DNA of 64,000 bases from Raillietiella orientalis (taxonomy: Eukaryota). The stretch spans positions 868,001 to 932,000 of the forward strand of contig JAYWIR010000030.1 in NCBI GenBank assembly GCA_036172245.1, read 5' to 3'. Shown piece by piece: positions 1 to 12,000 of the stretch. A program made the position numbers and the translations under genes. Positions within the stretch are counted from its first letter, which is position 1; each line of letters begins with the position of its first letter. The notes below the pieces were generated by a model. It was not told the DNA's origin and ran no database searches. It saw nothing but the letters and a program-made list of their open reading frames with translations.

Positions 1-164
1 CATAGGAGCGCTCAGTGTGCGCCGCCGGTCGTCGGCTCGGCTCCTCGAAAGGATGCGATCTGGAAGGGCCGACGCTGCAACCGAAGGCGTCGGCGCCAGC
101 AGCGGAAGAAGGGAAGGGGAGACGGGGAAGGGGGGAAGGAGGTGCGCCGTGTGCCCCTACTTAC

Positions 165-3100
165 TCGGAAGGGAGAGCTGACGATTCCTCTTTCGAGAAG
201 TGGTCCTGCAGCAGAGTCTGCCGGGTTGTAGATGGCGTCAAGTGCGCCTGCGCGGATCCCCTCACGAGACTGCCTACCTGTCTTCTGGGGTATCCGCCAT
301 CCATGAAATCAGCTTCTTTGGCGCTGGCTTGGGCACCAGAGTCCTTCTCCCTGTTCCTCTCTCCGTAGACAAAGACATCATGGTTATTTTCCAATGACTG
401 GAGAGACAAAAGAAGAAACAAAGGTGTAAGGGGATTCAGCGTGGATCGCGTGGCACACAAACTCCCCTGGGGCATCAACATGCGAGTGCCGTCCGGACGG
501 AGCACGAGCACCCGAAGGGCGGGAGAGGAAGAAAGACCGGTCGGATGAAGCCCTGCCCGCATAACAGAGATTCAGACAAGGATCCAGACCCCCAGAAACC
601 AGAAGGTCTGTGCTTTCTTCATACTTAGAGGAGCTTAGAAGCAGGGAGGAAACAAAGCTCTGTGCGTACTGCGTGCTTCAGGGATCATATGAAGGCATCC
701 GCTGAGCCAGAATGATACCGAAGGTCTTCCAAGGTACATCCGTGAAATCTGCAGCGCAGGAGCGCATGTGATGGACACTTGGTTCCTGAAGAAATACCAT
801 TAAACTCGCTCGGAAAAATGCTGCAGACGGGTTTTCATGTGTCGCTATCTCCAGCGTACAGACTCGCAGGCATTCTCCACCGGTGGTCTGAGCACGAGGG
901 GCCTTCATGCAGATATAAATAGACGCTCCCTCACAATGGTCTCATCGAGTTACTCCTTATTTAAGCTGTAGATGTTCTTAAGGGTGACTCTTGTGATAAC
1001 AGCAAAGTAGTCACTCTCGATTAGCTTATAACGATTTTTTCGGAACCTTTCGTAAAGTTGAAGGCAGCATCTGAACAAGAAGAAACATCCAATCACCAAA
1101 GTGGAGAGAATGGATACGGAAGCTCTAGGTCCCAGAGAATCATCCCCTGCAGACACGGCGGTCCTGGTCAGATCTCGCAGCCAGATGTAATCCAGACGCG
1201 CATTCACACTTTTCTATGCGTGCGTTTTGTGTGTCTCTATCTTACACAGTGATACGGGCTCCCACATCCAAACTTCCTCTGGTTCGCAACGTGGTGGGCG
1301 CAGCTGTGCTATCGCAGCCTAGTCTCTGTGGAGGAAGAGTCCACAGCAGTTTCGGCTCGCGAGCGTGGGTGGTCACGACAGCTCGAATCGCTTCGCACAC
1401 GTGCTGAGCCAGAGGGAGGGGTTTCTTCTGTTGCCAATTTCTCGCCTTGGGCATTCAAAAAGGAACGATCTTCCTTCACTCGCTTCCTTTCTCTTCTGAT
1501 CGCTCCTTCTCGGTGCCCTTTCCTCTTCTGGAAGAGCTGCTTCTTCGGAGGAATCTAATTCAGATGCTGCAAATTAGGAGAAGATAGAAGGAGAAGCGGT
1601 CTAGGAGGTAAGGAGGAGGGGACTTGTGTAGAAAAGAAAGGAGCTTCCGATCTGGCAGGGCAGAGGGAGAAAAGGGACGAGAGAGTCCGACGTGCGAAAG
1701 CTGTGGTTCTAGAAATGGACCCTTATTCCAAAGGGGAGGAAGAGGACCTGAAAAGGAAGAAAGCGAACACGCTCATGTGAATTGGAGGCAATCCGCTTCT
1801 GCACGGAGTCCACCTTCCTAAAAAGCATGAAGGAGGAGGAACGTGTTGCCCTTCGAGCTCCCTTCCTCTCCTCTCCTCTCTCTTGAATTCCGACAAGTGT
1901 GCTGCCTGGGGCAGATGAAAGATAGCAAAGAACAGTCTCTGCACCCGAGAACCTTTCCATTTCCATGATGATCTTGAAAACCGGACCCGTGGAACACGAT
2001 CGGTACCGCAGCTGTCTTGCCCATCATATGACGTGATAAATACTTCAAACCGTGTCTCCATGGTGAGTGCGCGCCCAGCGTACCTCTGCTGGAATGCGGA
2101 AGCAGATAGGAGACAAAGGGTAAGACAAGGGACTCTGAGGAGATTCCCCAGAGTCGGTGACAAGTTTCGTAAGTTCGTCCACCGCCGCCACCATCACTCT
2201 CCGGCTGGGAGACGGAGGAGTCTGTCTTCCAGTATTCATCCAGTTCGTTCATCTCCATGGTTTCCTATCCGGTCCGATACCGGCGAAGGACCGTCGCGGG
2301 GACCTTTTTCCTCCTAATTCCGGGGATCCTCAAGGATAACCTGATAAGACCGCCACCACAGCTACCCATTCTCGACAACACGATGCCATAGCCAGCTACC
2401 TCCGAAGCCTACCCGTTGACACCAGGGTCGACCTGAGCTCACCCCTTGCCGTGTGGGGAGGTAGCATTTCTGCGGATTGGGGGCGCGAGACTGCCCAAGA
2501 GAAAAGGTGATGGGTATAGCTAAGCGCCTCCTTCTGCATCGTTGGGGTATCATGCGGAAGCGTGGCGCGGCATGCCGTGAGCGCGCAGGCGGTGGGGTGT
2601 GGGGGACGGGGAGCTTGCCACTGACCAAGAGCGATCTCAGGCTTTCCTCCGTATTCTCCAATGCCAGGTGGTTCCTTATTTCCGACAGCTCTCTGTGGAC
2701 CGGGGGCGGTGGGAACCGGATGGCGGAGGGTTCCGTACTGGGAGCTCTTCCTGGAGTCCTTGGATCCGTGACGCGCACCGTCGAAAAAACGCCGGGCTTC
2801 TGGTCCGCCTCGCTGTCGCACTGAACATTCCTGGGCCAGTCGCAGGTCTGCAGGTCGCGCCTGCGGGGAAAAAAAAAAAACGACCGGGAGGACTGCTTCC
2901 TCCGCCCTCCCCCTTTCCCCTCAACCTGCTCCCCTGCCAGCCCTGCGCCCCATCACGCACGCACGCACTCACACGCGCGTCCGCCAAACCTGTATTTTAA
3001 GCCTCCTGTGCACGTCTCCAAATGAGCCCCTCCGAAGACACACACGTAGTAGTTAGTGCAGTCCGTCGGGTGCGGATAGTAGCCGAACTCCTCAGGACAG

Positions 3101-6100
3101 GAGAACTCCGTGGCCTCAGTCTTTCCCGGGATCGTCTTTCTCCAGCGGAACTGGCTGGAAACCGGCTCTGCAAAGGGAGCGTAAGCGACCTGTAGAGGGG
3201 GAACCGGGTCTCAGCCATAACACCACACTCTGAGCAACGACACCGCACTGAACACAAGGAGAGACGTTCCCGGCCACGTTTTTCTAGAGTCCCCTCTCCC
3301 TGCTCCCCGCCTCTCGTAGGCCTCTTGTCCCCTTGTTCGATTTTCGTCGTCGCATAGCGCACCCTTCGGGGGGAGGGGTGGGTTTTAAGAACCAGATGAG
3401 CGGAGGCAGCACGGGTCCAGACGAGGAGCGGGCTGGTCTCTGGAGCGCGCGTGCGGTCGCTTTCGGCGAGTCATGCGCTCTGCGTCTCTCTCGCTCGCCC
3501 ACTCGGACCCACATTTTCCTCTTTGCGTGCTTTCATCTGCGGCAGGAGGTGATTCTCCCTATTCATCTGGTTTTCCCCTCCTCCTCCCTTCCTTTCCACT
3601 CATGCGCAGCTCTGACTGGACAGTTTGAATCGACCCTTTGGGTGCGGAGCTCATCAGATTTAAACGTTCCGTGTTGACGGCACGCGAGTCGCAGTTACCA
3701 TCTGTGTGGGCGGAATGCTTTTTTGCCTATCGCGTACTCGATCGAGATACCAGTTGACTACATAAAGTGCTGATTAAAGTTACTATTATAATTGTTTATT
3801 TACACCACATTACATAGAATATTTTCATTCTCGGTTTTTCAGAGAAGTGACTCTGAAAAACAGAGAATAGTTAGCCGATAGAAATAGAATTTTGATTACT
3901 GTCGTTGCTAAGGTAAGTATAAGAACGTAAGTGTATGTGACCACCTCAAACATTGATAATGCTAACTTATGTCGCGTGTACAAGGTAAAAACATTTGCCA
4001 AACGCATGTATTCGTCCATAGTCCACTCCAATACGTTTTCGCCGAACACATGTATGCGTCCAGAACACTCAAAAGGTTAAACAGTAGAGAGCGATCGAAA
4101 TGCACTTTTTTTTTTTTGAACGTCACGTTCAGGAAGTTCCGTGTTTTTTTATGGTGCCAGTTATTTTTTTCCTCCCTTCCTTTTTTCCAGAAACGATTCT
4201 TGTGGTGGAAGGTGCGAAACGCCCACGCACATCAGCGTAATGAAACCTCCGGCCGAAGTGACCGTGGTTGTTGGTGACCGGCAGTGTCCCTGCACATCTG
4301 TGCGATCGGAATTATGTGGAAGTGGCCGGATAATGTGCAGATGGGAATCTGCATGAAAGGAAACATCTCTTTCCTTCTGTTTAAGAGAGCTTTTGCTCCT
4401 GTGCCCTAAAGCTGAAATACCGTATCGGAGTTTGAATTGCAGACAAACTTGAATGTAAACATCTGATGCAAATGCGCTCGCGTGCGAGGAACGTTTAGGC
4501 TAACTTCTCAGACACGTGCCGCCATGTTGAAATTCCGTCATTTCCTTTTTTTCTTCCTCCTTTCCCCCCCCCCCCCCTAAACCTGTTGCTTTTTGCTTCT
4601 CCGCAACAGAACTCAAAAGCTTTTGGCTTCAAACCAACCTCTGTCACGTTTCGTTACAGGCATATGTACGTGATTATATCTGATAAGGGAATACATCAGG
4701 AATGTCTCCTACACCCTTGAATCCACCTTTCACAGCAATGCACGGACACAATTTACCATTTTTTTCCTCCTCCCTCCCCCCACTTCTGAACAGAACCTTC
4801 ATTCATAGAAAGTCAGTGAAGATTAGGGACACAAGGTTTTCGCAACGCGAGTCGACACGTCTAACAGGTTTGTAGTGGCACGCACGAGCCTCGCAGATAG
4901 CACCGTGGCACACAAAATGTGCACAAAATTTTTTTTCAATAGGATGAATTTATTTTGGGAAGGACGGCTCGTTAAAAGTCGCGCGTTTCCTGCGTGGAAT
5001 CGGCGATTTTTTTTTCTCTCTTTTCCTTCTTCTGTTTTCTGGAGTGTAGCTGCCCAGAGAAAGTCTTTCTAAGACCCGAATCCAAATGCTCATCAGCCGA
5101 GGCGGATAAGCACCCTGATTTCACGATCTTTAAGTGTGGAAAAAGGAAGTAGGGGGGGAGAAAAAAAGGAAAAAAAAAGAAAAAAAAGCTGAGTCACGTG
5201 CGTCTTGGAGCCTGAGTACGCGCGCTCACACGCAAACCACTGGAGGGATATCCAGCGAGCACGCGTGCTGCCAATCCTCGCGCTGCCGCGAGTCGTCCTC
5301 TGACCCCACCACCGCCTTTCACGTGCAACCGCGCGTTGTCCCGCCAAAGAGGGTGGCGACTCCCCTTCCCTCCCCCTCGGATGTCGCCGCGAGCAAAGCC
5401 CCAATTCCTTCCACGGCTCCGTATCGGTCCGCCGTCACTTTCCCTGTCTGCTCCGGGAAGGACGAGAAGCGCGAGGACTGAGGACGTCCGGAGTTTGCCC
5501 CACGAGGGAGCCTCTTTTCCTCCGCCGGATCTGTCGGAACCGCGAACCGGCTCCCTGGGATGGTTGCCGGGACGCCAGGCGCCCTGTTGCGGGAGCTCCA
5601 ACGCCCTCCGCACGCGCGCGGCGGAAAAGGTGCGCGTTGGGACACGTGAGGGTGACGCGAGGGATGACCGCGAAGGGTGGTGTGGGCTCGAGGGACGGAC
5701 TCACCCTCTTTCCCCTCCCGTCCGTCCGCCCGCGCCGGCTGTCTGGAAGCCGGGTCCTGGCTTCTCAGGCGAGGCTCGCGCGCGACCCGGAAGAGGATGC
5801 CTCTCTTGGCACCGCCCTCTCTGGGTGACGTCACGGCTCATCTCGTCACACCAGAGCCGCTGGCTCGCCGATTTCCCTCCCCTAGCCCGTCCTTTGCCTC
5901 TTCTCCGCCCGTCGCGTAGCAACAGGGACGGGTCCTTTCGCAGAGGAGCGAGGCGCGGAGGCTCGTGCCAGCGCCGCCGACTCCGGAAGAGTGGGAGTCC
6001 CACAGGAAGGAAGGGGAGGGGGGGGGGCTACAGACTCGACCTCCTGCCCGCACGAGGGTTGCCTTTCCCCCCTCCCTTTTCCGGAATAGGCGAAAGGGAC

Positions 6101-6411
6101 TCCACGGCCTCCTCTCCTTCCGGGAAAACGGGAGGACGTGCGGCATCGGCCAGTTCCCCCGACCACCCCGGTCTGCGTACTGGCTGCAGGGAGTGGAGTC
6201 CCTCTTGGGGGACCGGTGGTGGCATCATGGCAGTCGGATCGCAGTGCCTTCCCTCTCCCGTCCTACCGTACCTGCCGGCCCCCTCCCCTTCCTCCCCTCC
6301 GCCATACTCACCGGTTCGTTGCGTCAGCAGCGCGAAGACGGCGCAGCAAAGGGAGAGCCGGCCGGCAGCTCCCAGCCTCCCGGAGGCGGTCCGTTGGGGC
6401 GGGCACTCCAT
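165..6411 (-). CDS. Secreted chitin-binding type-2 (peritrophin-A/CBM14) protein, CPAP1-like; spliced, 3' end outside the window
   Basis: Exon 6411-6312 (MECPPQRTASGRLGAAGRLSLCCAVFALLTQRT, signal-like, phase-1 GTGAGT donor). Exon 3167-2990 (EPVSSQFRWRK...FSCPEEFGYYPHPTDCTNYYVCVFGGAHLETCTGGLKY). Exon from 2860 (RDLQTCDWPRNVQC, then Pro/Ser-rich). Probable exon 397-165 (SLENNHDVFVYGE..., GTAAGT donor). Exon structure between ~2620 and 397 is uncertain. Confidence 0.85.
2818..3105 (-). other. Peritrophin-A (CBM14) domain split by a 129-nt intron (2989-2861)
   Basis: Six Cys with typical motifs CPEEFGYYPHPTDC..YYVC......C..GL.Y...LQTCDWP.NV.C; GT..AG boundaries with a poly-T tract keep the frame. 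Confidence 0.92.
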
Positions 6412-6756
6412 GCTGCTTTCTTCTCCTCGCTCCCCGGGCTCCTCGTGCAAGGGGAGGAGGGGGCGGAGACGGCCTCTGCTTCTTCTCTCCTTCCTCCGCC
6501 TTCTCCGCTGGGGCGGCCCGCGCTCTGCCTCCTCTCGCGCTCCCGGACGCCGCCGGCTGGGCGTCGCTCACTCGCCCTCTGCCGAGCGGCTGAGCTCCTT
6601 ACGGGATTCCTCCTTGCCTTCGGGCGGAAGGTGTCGGGGTCTGGGCGCGTCCAGGGCTCCGGGAGCGGAGCAACAAGGAGGAATGGGAAGAGGAACGGGG
6701 CCAAACGAGCAGCGGGACGTCGGCGATTCCTGGAAGGAGGGGCGTCGGCGTTCTTG

Positions 6757-6807
6757 CACCACCACCACCACCACCTCCGCCACCAGCAGCAGCAGCAGCA
6801 GCAGCAG
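6757..6807. repeat. Compound (CAC)n/(CAG)n trinucleotide repeat
   Basis: caccaccaccaccaccacctccgccaccagcagcagcagcagcagcagcag, ~350 nt upstream of the CPAP1-like ATG. Confidence 0.9.
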
Positions 6808-9003
6808 TACCAGAAGCAGCGCGACGTTAACGCGTGGGAGGGAGGGGGCGCGACAAGCAGGCAGGCAGGCAGCAAGCGGGCGCCGAGGGCACTCTCTCTG
6901 TCCGCGGCCGGTCCTGCCGAGCTCCCGAGTGACCGGTTTCTCCCGTCGCCCGGCCGCGCCGCGGACCGCCACTTTTACTCGGCCGTCTCGGGCGAGAGGG
7001 CGGAACATCACCTTGACCAAATTAGAGCGCGCCTGGCGCCCGCTCCTCTCTGGCCCGGGAGACGGCCAGCGGGCTGCCCGCCACGCACGGCGGCCGCGGT
7101 GTCGCAACGGGCGGTCGTTAGCGGCGCGCCCGTCGTTCGCGGTGCCCTCCTCGCGCCTGCACGGGGGGTGGCGGGCGGGGCCGAGGCGAGCCTTTACCCC
7201 GCCCCGCCACCGCCGCTCTGACCAAACGGTTCCCCCCCCCCTCCCCGTCCCGTCCGCGAAGAAGGGAGGGAGGAGGGTGGTGGCGGTGGTTCACCCTCTC
7301 CCCACTTCCTGGTCGCGAGACGGTCGCTGCCGGCCTCCGCCCACCTGACCTCGCCCGCTCTCTTCCCTTTCTGTCGCAGCCGCCGTCGCTTTCGCCTCCT
7401 CTCGCAACTGCCGCCGCCTCCGAAGGGAGCGGAGGTGCCGCGCCCGCCCGCCCGCAAGGGACTCCCCCGACACAGCCTCGGAAAGGAGGGAGGGCGACCT
7501 CCGGCAACCAAACTGGCCGACGGCGCGCGCTAGGAGAAAGGGAAGACGGGACCGTCCCTTCCGCTGATCTCGTTCTTTCTCTTTCCTCCGCTTATGGTTT
7601 GAGGATGAAGAAGAGGAGGAGCAAGGAAGAGAGCAGAGGAGAAGGATGAAGGGAGAAGTAACGAGGATGAAGGGAGGAAGAAGAGAAGTGGAAGCGTCAG
7701 GTCCACGCGCTTTGACCTTCCGTCGCGCTTCCCAGAGGTCTTCTTGCACAGGTCAGCCGACTTCCTGCTCGAGGTCCTCGCAACTGGCTGCAAAGAAAAG
7801 GGGCGTGACTCAGGGGGATCTACAGACAAACGGGTGCAGCTGATGCCCCCCCACGCAGGGAGGTGTTCTCTGCGGTGACATAGATGAAGGATAGTGCAGA
7901 AGTGGTCAGCAGGCATCGCGGAGCTTCTCACTTCGGACCGCAGAGTCCCGGGGCTGCCGCGACCTCATCCCTCCGTCGCGCCCCAGAGGGCGGCTGCAGC
8001 AGAGAATCTCCCACGCTCTATCCCCCTCCTCGAGGCCGACGATCCCGCTCCTGCCATGGCAGCGGTTTCCTCTTCCTCGCTCGTACCCCTTCCCCTTGTT
8101 GCCAGGTGCCGACCTTTGCCGGCGAGGTCCGCGACGCACCGTCCCGTGGAGCGAAGGGGAGAACTAGGGGCCGAGGGCCTCGCCTCTCCTCCCGCCCTAC
8201 GTCGCGGGCGACGCCGAGAAGAATGCGCGGGAAGGCTCTCGCGAGGGGGGGGAAGGGATTCGAGGAGAAGTCCCTGCTCTTTGAGAGCTCCCCTCCCTGC
8301 TTCTCTTCTCGCAATTCGGCGGCGGCGGCAGGGTGCGGGGCGAGGGAGGTGGAGGGGAAAAGAGGGATTCGTTTCCTGGGGACCTTGAAGGGAGTTGCCG
8401 AGTCCAGGTCCTTCCCGGTGATGGACCGCCGCTCGCCGTATCGATGGCAGGTCTCGGAAAAGCAGCTTCCGGTCCTCTGTGGCTCCGGGGCATTTCCTGC
8501 CCCAGAGCCACAGAGGGCTGGAAGGATGGATCCCTCCCAGACTCCCGCATGGTTCCAGGAAACGGAAGTCCTGGCAGCCGAGCTTCTGGAATATACGGCG
8601 AGCTCGTGGATTTTTTCCCCGGGGACAAAAGGCAGAGGGCGACGCGCGCCTTCTCGAGGAGGAGGACGAAGAGTCGGAGCTGAAGGACCAATCTGGAGAC
8701 GGGGAAAAGCCGGCCTCAGGAGAAGGACGGAGCCAGCCGACCGCCAACCACCCGCTCCCCGCGCCGGCTGGAAGAAAGCGGGCATTCTGCCGGTGCTCGC
8801 CGTGGTGAATCGGAGCGAGGCGAACGCAAAAACCGACCGCAGCGCCGCGAAAACGGGTGCCGCGGAGCGAGAAACGTCCTTCTCGAGGGAATCTGAACGA
8901 GGGAGGGGGGTGGGGGGTTATGGCGACTCTTTTAACACGGGAAATCCTTCTGCGGAATGTCCTCGACTGAAACCTGCCGTTGATCTCTCTGTCTCTCTCT
9001 CAC

Positions 9004-9028
9004 TGTGTGTGTGTGTGTGTGTGTGTGT
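9004..9028. repeat. (TG)n microsatellite
   Basis: Direct reading. Confidence 0.95.
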
Positions 9029-12000
9029 TGTGAGACGTTGCAATGGCGACGGGAAAGGGGGAGGGGGGGAGTCGAGTAGGTTCGCTTTGGGGTCCGTCGG
9101 GTTCCCCCTGTTGCGCACCCTACTAAACGGGCACCACTACCGGAGTGCCACTTTTCCCTCTACTTTTTGCGATCGACGGAAATGCACAATACTCACGCTC
9201 TCACGCATTTGCTGTCGTACGGCACGGGTTCCACTGGAATGCACTTCTGATCTTTGGCCAGCAGGCCGAGAGGCGACTTCACGGCGGGTTCCTCGGGAGC
9301 CCACCTCCCTCGCACCTTTGCTGGTGGGCACCCCGGCTTAAAAATAAACCTCCGCTGACAATGCCAACGCTAACAAAGACGTAACCATAGCGACGCGCGG
9401 ATGGTCTGGCAGCGGACGTTTGTAGCAGTAGGGGGCTTGTCAATGGCCCTCGCTCCAAGCACGGCGGTGGAAACTGCAAGCACGAAATTTTCTTCTCTGC
9501 TTAAAGAAAAAAGGCAAAACAAAAGCTGTTTGCGCGGCCATGGAAGCAATACAGCAAAAACAAAAAAAAACAAAAAAAAAAAAACAAAAACAAAAACAAA
9601 GGAACCCAAAGAATAGACTCGCTCGCTCGTGCTTGCTTGCACAGATCAACCCTGGAAGTTTGGAGGAGCTTCGGTTCGCGGAAACGGTAGTGGTCCATTG
9701 CCAGTCAAGGTGCTGAGCCGGTCGATTAAGACAAGGAGAAGTGAGAGATTAGAAGCAGAGGGAGGTCTTTCGAAAATTCGCTCCCCAAGAAAGGATGTCA
9801 AACGATTTGGAGAAAAACTTTTCCATCTCCCTCGGGCAAGCGGACTCACATTCTTGCCTCTGGCCCTCCCTTCGTTCTGCTCGCCAAGCACATTTTCAGG
9901 GTTTTTTCCGTTCCTTCCACGAAAAACCCTGAAAATCCTGGATTGACTTCCGGATTTCTTTTTTTGTTTTTCCTCCTCCCCTCCCCCCCCCCCTTCAGGA
10001 GGCCGTGAAAGAGGTAGGGAAATCGACGGCAGATCGGGAACCTGAGATAAGTGTCACATGAAGAAAATCTTCAGATTTTGGGGGAACTTCAGGGCTTCTT
10101 CCCTCTCCCTCCTTGGCCTATTTGAAACGAGTCCGAAAGCAGGGTTCACAGAGGAGATGAGGGAGAAGGCAGAAGGAAATCTGGGGTGGCTCCATGAGCT
10201 TTTTCTCCAAACTTTTCTGGAGAAGAGACTTGTTAAGATAAGTGCAGATACCTGCCGACTCATCCCCTACGCCCTGAAAACGCTTTGGCGTTCCCAGAGG
10301 CGTGGCACCCACACAGAGAATGGAACAAAGCGTGAGGGGAGCGAGGAAGGCAGGAAGCACGGGTGGCAATAGGGGATCCAAGAATTCATCCCGAAGTGGG
10401 TCCTTCGATTCGTTTGTTGTTTGGCTGCCCACCTTCCTACTTCGCGAGAGCCTCCTGTATACACCGTGCGGGCATCGGAAGGCACAGCTTTCGAGTGGGA
10501 ACTGGCATCCCTGCTTTCTGCGAGTACGCGCGCGTGGAGTGCCCCGTTCGCACGTACGCCTTTCGCGCCAAGCGGCCCTGCAAGCTGAGCCTCTTGGATT
10601 GCCTTCTCTTGCGAAAAGGCGATCCTCCTCGAAGTGTGCTCCACGAACGACGGGCGTATCGCTCGCTACGTGATGCTGTAATGTAAGATCACTTAGAATT
10701 CGCGTGAAGCGTAAAAAAAAAAAAAAAAAGCACCACGGCCACGCGATGCTCGTTGGTTTGTGCGACCGACGTCGTCGTCGCGAGATGGCAGACAGAGTCC
10801 CTACGTAGCTCGTAGGGACTAGCACCGTCCAAAGTTTCCCACTTTGCTCATCCATGGTGGGTTCATGCGTTCTCAATTCGTAAATTTGAAAGTGCCTTAA
10901 CATGGGGACGGTCGCAGTCTGCTAGTTCCATAATTATTACCCAATGAGGATACATTGCACTTTGACCGTTTCGGAACTGCTGTGGAACTTCCCTTGCGTC
11001 CCTGCAATCGGAGTAGCAGATCCGAAAACCAGGAACCACCTTTGTGTTTCGATTCCTCTCAGAGTCCTGCTGGTAAGCAGCGAGCTGAACGTCGTGCGAA
11101 AAGGCAAGCTGATGACTCTAAAGATTTTGAAAATGATGCCACGTATCAAGAACGTGATTCTCTTTCGGTCCATGGTAATCCTGTTGGTGTCACGACGGGC
11201 GGGAATCCAAAAGTTGAAAGCCGAGAAGATTCAGTGGGACCAGCAAGAAGGGATGAGCTGGAGAAGGATCCGAAGGACGGCTTCGTCTTTGGCGGCGACA
11301 GCCGCAGCAGAGCTGTTTGTCCCAGCGAGAGCTCGTCGGCCGCCTCCCGTTCCTCTCTGCACCACCGCAGCTCCGCAGCTCTCGCGAGGAAAGCGAAAAA
11401 AAAAAAAAAAAAACACGGGATCGCCAGAACGCGTGCTCGAGAGCGCGCGCCAGCGGCAATGCAGGGCGCCTGCTGGGTCGAATCTGCAGCAGCGGAAACC
11501 ACCCGAAGGAAGGAAGGGGCACCTGCGTGCTGTTTCTGCCTCCGCCTGCACCTGCGCTTTCACTTTTCCCTGCCGGGTTCGGTCCTCGGCCGCCGCTGTC
11601 GAGGTCGGGGTGCTGCCCTCGGGGCGGGCAGCGGAAAGCGGCCGGCGTAGGCGGGGCGGGCGCGCCCTGCGCGAGAACGGTGGTGGCAGCTCAGTCGGGA
11701 TGCAAGGAGCGGGAAACCGGGCAAGCCTGCACGTCGTGGAAGGGAGGTTTCTTCCTGGATGGGCGGTGGCTCGGCACCCTGCCCGAGAGAAATTCCTTTC
11801 TTCGCACGCTGCCTTTCTTTCTCCTCTTCTTCCCACTCTTTTTTTTTTTTTTTTTCCTTCTTTTTCGGTTTTCTTTCTCTGGCTCGTGCGATTCGCCACG
11901 TGTTCCTGCACGCCGTCGGCCGGCTGGGTGTGAAGGCCGCTTCCTTACCGTCTCCTCCTCTTGCTGCTGCTGCACCTCCGCAGCATGCCTCCACATACCG

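Noticed and set aside
5336..7348. Long + strand ORFs (670 aa; 418 aa with poly-His/poly-Gln)
   Set aside because: GC-rich stop-poor sequence antisense to the CPAP1-like first exon; the homopolymers come from a trinucleotide repeat; no domain recognised.
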